Assembly: GCA_046497275.1 (NCBI GenBank)
Contig: JAWOFX010000131.1
Coordinates: 1-10,246, forward strand
Source: Promethearchaeia archaeon
GTDB taxonomy: Archaea > Asgardarchaeota > Lokiarchaeia > Sigyniarchaeales > SOKP01
Direction: 5' to 3'
Length of the DNA: 10,246 nucleotides
Below the pieces are notes generated by a model. The model was not told the DNA's origin. It worked only from the letters and a program-made list of their open reading frames with translations, and searched no databases. The position numbers were made by a program, and so were the translations under genes. Positions 1 through 6,208 of this stretch are shown here, piece after piece (within the stretch, counting starts at the first letter, position 1; each line of letters starts with the position of its first letter).

Positions 1-127
1 TTTTTTTTATATTTCTGTTTTCTTTTTATTTTAAATATACGATTTAGATTCAATAGTAATTTATTTAAGTTTAAAGGAAGAAACTAATAATAGAAACAAA
101 TTAGATATTTCATTTTTAATAAACAAC

Positions 128-379
128 ATGGCTTTAAAAGAGGATTTACGAAAGGAACTTAAAATATTTAAGATAACAATTTATAGTTGTATAATTATAG
201 GAGTTATATGTTTCGTTTTTCCTTTTATTTTACTTCCGTTTAGAAATAATGAGTAAATATCTCAATTAGATCTTACAATGTTGGTAGGAATTGGAGGAGG
301 TCTGTTCGTTGCGGGATCATTATTTATTAGTCCTTTTAAGTCTATTAAAAAGTTAGTTGACAAATTAAAGGAGGAGTAA
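128..379 (+). pseudogene. Small two-TM membrane protein ORF interrupted by a single in-frame TAA at 254-256 (pseudogene, sequence error, or two single-TM peptides)
   Basis: Manual translation from ATG 128: MALKEDLRKELKIFKITIYSCIIIGVICFVFPFILLPFRNNE*ISQLDLTMLVGIGGGLFVAGSLFISPFKSIKKLVDKLKEE* (final TAA 377-379). Charged N-tail, hydrophobic helix, short polar loop holding the stop, second hydrophobic helix, Lys-rich tail. Absent from the supplied ORF track. Confidence 0.5.
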
Positions 380-561
380 ATTTACGAATATTTTAATTTC
401 ATCATCAATTTTTCTAATATTCAAATCTAACTCATCTTACGTTCGAATAAGAATAAATAATAAAAAGAAGAATTTTGAGTTAATGTAAATTTTGAACTTT
501 TGGGTTTTCAATTTCACATGTTATCATAGTTTTTGATGTGTTCACGAATTCAGGACTAAAG

Positions 562-2466
562 TTATTCTTTTACAATTTTACGTTTTTTAAGATAAATTCG
601 GCTAATTCCTGCAATTCCAAGTCCTAAGGAAATGCTTCCTATGATGATACCTCCTAGTTGAATAGAATTTCCCAAAGTAATAGAATCTGTCGGCAGATTA
701 TATTGATATTGGGCCAGGTGTGGCATTACATTTCTTTGGAAGTTTGGAAGCCACTCGAGTAAGAGATCCATGCTCCCATTATTCAGATTATTCGCAGTTT
801 TCAATTCTGCATACAATGCTGTATCTCCTTTGACTGTACCTAACCATTTTCTTAAACCCATCTTTGAAACCAATGAATTTTCACTCGAGATATTCCATAA
901 TGCTAATGCAGATTCTAATGACATATTAGTAGGAGTAGGAATCCCAACTTCAAATCCGAATATCTCTTTATTGCCAAGTGGCAGAGGAAATCCTTCAGGA
1001 TATGCCTTATCCCCATATATCGTCCCATTTGCCCACTGTTCTAATAAAATTTCAAAGGCTATATCATCATAGATGAGTTTGGGTAAAATTACATTATAAA
1101 ATGATCCATGCTCCCACCCTCCTCCGTTTCCCCACAGCCAGTCCAGTAATAAATCCATATCGGTTTCGTTAAATCCCCAATCAGATTCACCATATGTATC
1201 ATTTTCATTCCAATCGGCATCTTCATATCCAGGATATTTAGAAAACTCTTTTAATATTTCATTTTTTATAGAATTATTAGTATAAGCCTCATACCATTTA
1301 TTTATACCAGTTTCATTCAGAAGAGAATATTTATTTGTTTTATTCCACAATTGAAGTGCGGCTTGCATGGGAATTCCTGAACTATTACCTGGTCCGCCAG
1401 GTTCTAGTCCCTGAGTACCTTCGGGAATTGCGGGTTCAGTATTATGAAAATCTGCCCCATCATCATAGGACCGACATTTTGCCCATTGTTCAATATAACT
1501 ATAATATGCTATTTCTTCATAAGAAATATTATTTCCATTCCAGTCTCGGGGGCGATAGAGTGGAAAATCACTATATAAGGTGGTGCTGTTGTCATTAAAG
1601 TCGGTAATGAATAAACTTAACGTTTCTTGAACAAAATAGTCAGTGAAATAAAATCTAAAAATTTCCAATTTGTTGTAATCACTACCATTATATGTAAAGG
1701 TATCGTATGGATTGGAAAGGTTATATCCGTTTGGACCTGTCATCAATTCAATTTGGGATTCATTGGCATTTTCAATGAGTTCTAGCATTTCTATTAATCC
1801 AAATCCTCTATCAAGGTCAAGATCAACTAACTCGACTGCGTGAGTTAAATTGTTAGGGGACCAATTATCTATTCCGACTCGCCTAAATGTATCTTCATAT
1901 ACGCCAGGTAATCGATCACCCCACCATCCGGACTTATCAACACCATATTTTAAACGATTTACCCCTCCCCAAATGTCTGCTCCAGTTGTTAAGTTATAAG
2001 CAGTAAAATTTAAATCATTGCTATACCACTCGGCTATACCCGAAATGGGAGGATACCCTACTGCTGATGTTAAACCACTAAAAGTTAACCCAGCCGATCC
2101 AATATAAGTTCCATTAGGCCAATCCCAAAAGATCGGTATAAGATTAATCAAAGGAAAAAGTTGAGAATGTAAATCGTCTACACTATGTATTTGTCCCATC
2201 AGAAATGTGCCATTAACGACCGGTTTCGATGCGATGATTCCTTTTTCTCTCATTAAATCAAATGTGACCGCAAGAGCCTTAGGTCCTAATTCATGTACAG
2301 AATCTTTAATGATAGGAATACCTTCTTCCTTGATCCCTAGCAATCCCTCATCCACAGAACTATAGGTTAAATCTGCAATATAATTGTTTAAGAAAATGCC
2401 ACCAGTTATAGATATTCCTCCAAGAATTAAAACAAATACCGATGCAATTGCTAATTTTTTTGACAT
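562..2466 (-). CDS. Hypothetical two-TM cell-surface glycoprotein with tandem ~150-aa repeat domains (~634 aa)
   Basis: Long ORF (track 562..2538 from TTG). I prefer ATG 2466 (MSKKLAIASVF; A-rich context). ATG 2523 is an alternative. TTG 2538 would lie upstream of the start site predicted from the BRE-TATA at 2554-2569. N-terminal TM (LAIASVFVLILGGISITGGIFL), C-terminal TM (IQLGGIIIGSISLGLGIAGI) followed by KKRK, and about 21 N-X-S/T sequons in the loop between them. Confidence 0.9.
   Translation of the reverse strand: MSKKLAIASVFVLILGGISITGGIFLNNYIADLTYSSVDEGLLGIKEEGIPIIKDSVHELGPKALAVTFDLMREKGIIASKPVVNGTFLMGQIHSVDDLHSQLFPLINLIPIFWDWPNGTYIGSAGLTFSGLTSAVGYPPISGIAEWYSNDLNFTAYNLTTGADIWGGVNRLKYGVDKSGWWGDRLPGVYEDTFRRVGIDNWSPNNLTHAVELVDLDLDRGFGLIEMLELIENANESQIELMTGPNGYNLSNPYDTFTYNGSDYNKLEIFRFYFTDYFVQETLSLFITDFNDNSTTLYSDFPLYRPRDWNGNNISYEEIAYYSYIEQWAKCRSYDDGADFHNTEPAIPEGTQGLEPGGPGNSSGIPMQAALQLWNKTNKYSLLNETGINKWYEAYTNNSIKNEILKEFSKYPGYEDADWNENDTYGESDWGFNETDMDLLLDWLWGNGGGWEHGSFYNVILPKLIYDDIAFEILLEQWANGTIYGDKAYPEGFPLPLGNKEIFGFEVGIPTPTNMSLESALALWNISSENSLVSKMGLRKWLGTVKGDTALYAELKTANNLNNGSMDLLLEWLPNFQRNVMPHLAQYQYNLPTDSITLGNSIQLGGIIIGSISLGLGIAGISRIYLKKRKIVKE
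721..1518 (-). repeat. Protein-level tandem repeat, two units (about 1081-1518 and 721-1068)
   Basis: Unit 1: EEIAYYSYIEQWA..GLEPG..AALQLWN..SL..GINKW..MDLLLDWL..SFYNVILP. Unit 2: DDIAFEILLEQWA..GFEVG..SALALWN..SL..GLRKW..MDLLLEWL.NFQRNVMP. EQW, LWN and KW are each exactly 150 residues apart (track aa 350/500, 397/547, 414/564). Confidence 0.85.
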
Positions 2467-2553
2467 TTTATTGATCAATTTTTTTTTATTCTTTGAAATA
2501 TGTTGGTGATCATTAATTATCATATCCCATAAACTCAAAGGTATTTTTAAAAA

Positions 2554-2569
2554 TTAATAAATCTTTCGG
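2554..2569 (-). promoter_or_regulatory. Archaeal BRE-TATA promoter of the surface-protein gene
   Basis: Minus strand reads CCGAAAGA-TTTATTAA, a good match to the archaeal BRE plus TATA consensus. Predicted transcription start is near 2530. Confidence 0.55.
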
Positions 2570-2722
2570 TAACTCAAGCTATATCTAAAAATATCATTAA
2601 GATTGATTATTCAGATTCTAGGCAATATTTTCTACTTGAATCTGATAAAAGGAGATTCTTCGGAAGATATAATAGATTATGGTTTAATTAAAGTTCTTCC
2701 TATTTCCCTAAAACCAAAAACA

Positions 2723-2932
2723 CTAATAAAAAATTATTTTCTTAATATCGTTTTTATAAATTCTATTTTTGATGAGTTTCCACGTTCCCTTATACCGAAT
2801 TAGATTTTTTGCGATAATTTCTCTCTCATCCTCTGAAATGAGTTGAGAACTATTGACTCTCCCGATAACCTGCTCTAATTTTTGACTCTTTGAATTATAA
2901 AATTCGATATCACATACTATATCATTAAACAT
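2723..2932 (-). CDS. Small hypothetical protein (69 aa)
   Basis: ATG-started ORF with soluble, helical-looking composition, co-oriented with the downstream gene. A TTTAAATA box lies at -30 to -23 from the ATG. No recognisable motif. Confidence 0.5.
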   Translation of the reverse strand: MFNDIVCDIEFYNSKSQKLEQVIGRVNSSQLISEDEREIIAKNLIRYKGTWKLIKNRIYKNDIKKIIFY

Positions 2933-2954
2933 ATGAGATTACCAAATATTTTCA

Positions 2955-2964
2955 TATTTAAATA
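2955..2964 (-). promoter_or_regulatory. TATA-like box upstream of the 69-aa ORF
   Basis: Palindromic TATTTAAATA. The TTTAAATA 8-mer is -30 to -23 from ATG 2932, the spacing expected for a leaderless archaeal mRNA. The upstream BRE match is poor. Confidence 0.35.
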
Positions 2965-3126
2965 GGGATAATATGGAGAACTATACACTCAACTCTCTTA
3001 TGAAGGTATTTGTGGAATTGGAATTTTTTGAAATGAGATGATTTTAATAACACAAAGTTCTTAATATCATTACATAAGCCTTTTGAGTTATTTAAGTCTC
3101 AGTACTTATCCAATAAATCAAAAAAT

Positions 3127-3155
3127 TATTTAAATCTTTAAAAAAGATTTATTGT
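3127..3155. promoter_or_regulatory. Inverted repeat AAATCTTT-aaa-AAAGATTT forming back-to-back BRE-TATA elements (or an operator)
   Basis: Perfect 8-bp arms at 3132-3139 and 3143-3150. The plus strand reads AAAAAGA-TTTTATTG towards the GRE gene (8-mer at -38 to -31 from ATG 3186). The minus strand reads AAAGA-TTTAAATA (3134 to 3127) towards the left-hand genes. Confidence 0.5.
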
Positions 3156-3185
3156 AGAGAAAAAAAAAATAGGTTGATAAAACAA

Positions 3186-6164
3186 ATGGCAAAAGTAAAA
3201 CAAAAAATCGCCAATGTATTCCGATTAATGAAACAAACACTTGACGAAGATCACATATACAAGAAGGAAATTTATAATGAAAATACGGGATATATTTTCA
3301 CTTCACGAATTCTTTTTACAACTGAAGAGGATGAGGATGAGAGTGTTTCCGTTATATTTAAGGATGGAAATATGGAAATAATCGAAGATAAGATAGAGGA
3401 TCCTACAATCACAGTGAAGTACAAGAAAGTAAAGGATTTCAAAAAGCTTCCCAGGAGTAAACCAGAGGAAGTGATTAATATGATGCTAAAGAATAAAATT
3501 CATACGAGGGGCAATCTCAGCCATATGTCCAAGTTTTTCTTTCTTCTGGTTTATATTCTTCTCAAACAAAAGGATGCATATGATCAGAGACAAAAAGAAA
3601 GAAAAGAAAAAGACGTAATGGAATTTGAAGAATTTGAAAATTGGACAAATGGAACGGAGCACATGGAAAACAAACATTTAGGCTATAAAATTGATGCGGT
3701 AAAATATCTTGACGATCCGTATTTGAGTGAGTACAACCTAAAGGATTTTAAACAACTGGAGTATTTGAAATATATTCGTTCAGTCTCGGAGTTAGAAGTA
3801 TGTCCAGAGCGAGCCAAATTAATAACAGAAATATGTAGAAAAGAAGGATATACCCCCGAGGATGGGAATACAGATCATCCGGACTTAAAAATGGGAAAGA
3901 TAGTAAATTATATTCTTTCTAAGAAAAAACCCATGATTCAAGACTGGGCAAAATTACCAGGAACCTCGACCACTAAAACCTTAGGAACAATGATTTATCC
4001 TGAATTTGGAGCAATTATTTTTTGGCCAGAATTATTTTCTATAGATGATCGAGAACTAAATCCTCATTTAATTGATCAAGAAGCGATAGAAATCCTCAAT
4101 TATGATGTTTTTCCATATTGGATGGACAGAAATGTTAGGGAATATACTCGTACTCAATATGATAATCCACTTTCCCAGCAAATGGATGAACATTTTGTAT
4201 TTTATTTCATGTGGAAGACTCAAGCTATCTCGCACACAATTCCTGGATTTCCAACCTTTTTGAAAAAGGGAATAAATCAATTAGTAAAAGAAATTGGACA
4301 TAAGGAACAGCACGTCTCAGATCAAAATAAAAGTGATTTTTATAAAGGCTTAGACTTAGCGCTTTCTGGAGTATTAAATTACACCGAAAATCTCGAAAAA
4401 GAAGTGAAATTACAAGCGCAAGCGATAGATGATAATTCTGCTTCCCCAGTAATGCAACAGAGAAAAAAAGATTTATTGAACATGGCATCAGTGCTTTCAC
4501 GAGTGCCCGCCAATCCGGCAGAAACTCTGGAAGAAGCAATAACATCAATATGGATTATGTGGATTGCGCTCACTCATGAAAACCCTCATATGGGACTTTC
4601 TTTAGGTCGGTTAGATCACTGGCTTCAGCCTTATTTTGAAGCAGATATGGAAAAAATTACAACCCCTGAAGAAAAAGAAGGTTATGTAAGAAGAACAATA
4701 GAATTAATGGGGAATTTCTTCATAAGAGTATCAGATCAAGCTCCTTTAGTGCCCGATGTTGGCAATCATCTATTTGGCGGGAGTAGTCAAGATTTTGCGC
4801 TCACTGTGGGCGGTGTAGATACAGAAGGAAACTCTGCGGTCTGTGATATGACCTTTATTATTTTAAAAGTTACCGAAATGCTAACCTTACGAGATCCTAA
4901 TATGAATGCGAGATATTATCCAGGGGTGAATTCAAAAGAATATTTAGACCGATTATTAGAAGTAAATATAAACACTCACGCAACGCCTTCAATTCATAAT
5001 GATCTCAAAATGGTGGAAGCATTGACAAATATAGGAATTGAATTAGAGGACGCGAGAACATGGGCTGCAACTGGATGTGTTGAACCCACTATTTGCGGAA
5101 AACATTTTGGTCATACTAATTCTATGATGTTTAATACAATCGCTGCTATGGAGATGACATTAAATAATGGTATCCATCCTGTTGTGAGTGGTAAGAAGGT
5201 TTTTGGTCCTCGGATAGGAGATGTTAATGAATTTAATACTTTTAGCGAGTTTGTAGACGCTTTCAAGGCTCAACTACATTTCATGATTGATAAAAGTGTA
5301 GAAATAAATAATTATTTGGGAAGATCTCATCAATTATTGCATCCTTCTCCGTTATTAAGTTCCCTTTATGAAGGTCCTATAGAAAGAGGAATAGATTTAG
5401 TTGATGGTGGAGCAATTTATAATACTTCTGGAGTAGCAATGATTGGACTTGCAGATATTATAGATACTTTAAAAGTGGTTAAAAATTTAGTATATGACAC
5501 AGAAGAAATATCTTTTTCAGAATTAAATCAACATGTTGCGAATAATTTCTCCGGCCCTGAAGGAGAACTGATACTAAAGCGAATAAAATCAATACCGAAA
5601 TTTGGCACAGATGATAAAGAAACTGTTAAGTTAGGCCAACAGATAATTGATTATGTCTATGATGATTTTTATTCTTTTGAAAATTATCGTGGAGGCAGAT
5701 ATTTAGTAGGATTTTGGAGTATGTCTAATCATGTCGCATTTGGTACGGTTTCCGGAGCATTACCAAATGGAAGAAAAGCATATCAACCATTTACACCTGG
5801 CTTAACTCCCGTTCCAAGTGAAAAAGATGTGTTGATTGAAAATATTCAGTCAGTTGCATCATTAGATACTATAAAAATGCCAAATAATCTTGCTTTTAAT
5901 ATTAAATTAGTCCCCGGAGCTCATGATACCCATGAGGAAACTATAAATCAATTTTACGGATATACTCAGAGTTATTTTGATTTAGGAGGTATGCAAATTC
6001 AATTTAATGTAGTGTCCTCAGATACCCTTAGAGATGCTATGAATAATCCGGAAAATTATGGATGGTTGATGGTTCGGATCTCTGGATATAATGCATATTT
6101 CGTAGATTTAAATAAAGATTTACAATTAGAAATAATAAATCGTACAGAATTTCAAACTCATTAA
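3186..6164 (+). CDS. Glycyl radical enzyme (PFL-like superfamily, single-Cys GCVE type, substrate unknown) with N-terminal SCP2-like domain (~992 aa)
   Basis: Cys loop ATGCVEP (Cys codon 5076-5078) and Gly loop LMVRISGYNAYF (Gly codon 6084-6086). Other GRE motifs: CPERAKLITE, SLGRLDHWLQPY, LTVGG, GGMQIQFNVVS. An activase gene follows directly. ATG 3186 is preferred over the track's TTG 3174. Not PFL, since there is no Cys-Cys pair. Confidence 0.95.
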   Translation: MAKVKQKIANVFRLMKQTLDEDHIYKKEIYNENTGYIFTSRILFTTEEDEDESVSVIFKDGNMEIIEDKIEDPTITVKYKKVKDFKKLPRSKPEEVINMMLKNKIHTRGNLSHMSKFFFLLVYILLKQKDAYDQRQKERKEKDVMEFEEFENWTNGTEHMENKHLGYKIDAVKYLDDPYLSEYNLKDFKQLEYLKYIRSVSELEVCPERAKLITEICRKEGYTPEDGNTDHPDLKMGKIVNYILSKKKPMIQDWAKLPGTSTTKTLGTMIYPEFGAIIFWPELFSIDDRELNPHLIDQEAIEILNYDVFPYWMDRNVREYTRTQYDNPLSQQMDEHFVFYFMWKTQAISHTIPGFPTFLKKGINQLVKEIGHKEQHVSDQNKSDFYKGLDLALSGVLNYTENLEKEVKLQAQAIDDNSASPVMQQRKKDLLNMASVLSRVPANPAETLEEAITSIWIMWIALTHENPHMGLSLGRLDHWLQPYFEADMEKITTPEEKEGYVRRTIELMGNFFIRVSDQAPLVPDVGNHLFGGSSQDFALTVGGVDTEGNSAVCDMTFIILKVTEMLTLRDPNMNARYYPGVNSKEYLDRLLEVNINTHATPSIHNDLKMVEALTNIGIELEDARTWAATGCVEPTICGKHFGHTNSMMFNTIAAMEMTLNNGIHPVVSGKKVFGPRIGDVNEFNTFSEFVDAFKAQLHFMIDKSVEINNYLGRSHQLLHPSPLLSSLYEGPIERGIDLVDGGAIYNTSGVAMIGLADIIDTLKVVKNLVYDTEEISFSELNQHVANNFSGPEGELILKRIKSIPKFGTDDKETVKLGQQIIDYVYDDFYSFENYRGGRYLVGFWSMSNHVAFGTVSGALPNGRKAYQPFTPGLTPVPSEKDVLIENIQSVASLDTIKMPNNLAFNIKLVPGAHDTHEETINQFYGYTQSYFDLGGMQIQFNVVSSDTLRDAMNNPENYGWLMVRISGYNAYFVDLNKDLQLEIINRTEFQTH

Positions 6165-6170
6165 TTAATC

Positions 6171-6178
6171 TTTATATC
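6171..6178 (+). promoter_or_regulatory. Possible internal TATA box upstream of the activase
   Basis: TTTATATC at -38 to -31 from ATG 6209 in the 44-bp spacer, the same spacing as the GRE promoter candidate. The region is AT-rich, so a chance match is possible. Confidence 0.3.
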
Positions 6179-6208
6179 TATTCTAATTTTATTTTAACTA
6201 ATGCATTT

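Noticed and set aside
365-517. Minus-strand GTG frame KLKTQKFKIYINSKFFFLLFILIRT*DELDLNIRKIDDEIKIFVNLLLL*, also with one internal TAA
   Set aside because: Short, non-ATG, low-complexity AT-rich sequence. The hydrophobic stretch coincides with a T-rich terminator-like tract, so it cannot be supported as a gene.
765-1116. Exact 14-bp direct repeat GATCCATGCTCCCA at 765-778 and 1103-1116
   Set aside because: The copies are read in different frames (NGSMDL vs GWEHGS) at non-equivalent positions of the protein repeat. A single 14-mer pair in 10 kb is compatible with chance, and there is no array or mobile-element context.
770-1598. Plus-strand track ORFs 770..1072 (100 aa) and 1335..1598 (87 aa)
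   Set aside because: Entirely antisense to the well-supported surface-protein gene, with no motifs. Treated as shadow ORFs.
2684-2725. Stop readthrough or frameshift extension of the 69-aa ORF past its TAG (T6 run just before the stop)
   Set aside because: Readthrough meets another TAG after four codons and a TAA soon after. The shifted frame adds only about 17 residues, with no supporting motif.
2603-2803. Plus-strand 66-aa track ORF
   Set aside because: Non-ATG start, overlaps the minus-strand 69-aa ORF that has promoter support, and has no motif.
2973-3041. 22-codon plus-strand ORF MENYTLNSLMKVFVELEFFEMR
   Set aside because: Too short, no properly spaced promoter, and expected by chance.
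3486-4573. Minus-strand track ORFs 3486..3677, 4068..4280, 4225..4548 and 4379..4573
   Set aside because: All are antisense within the GRE. The Phe-rich content of the first is the mirror of the GRE's Lys/Glu-rich linker.
3186-6164. Annotation as pyruvate formate-lyase (pflB) or as benzyl/alkylsuccinate synthase (bssA/assA)
   Set aside because: The Cys loop is GCVEP with a single catalytic Cys (PFL needs Cys-Cys, fumarate-adding enzymes have a different loop), no small Fe-S subunit genes are adjacent, and the activase has a ferredoxin insert that PflA lacks.
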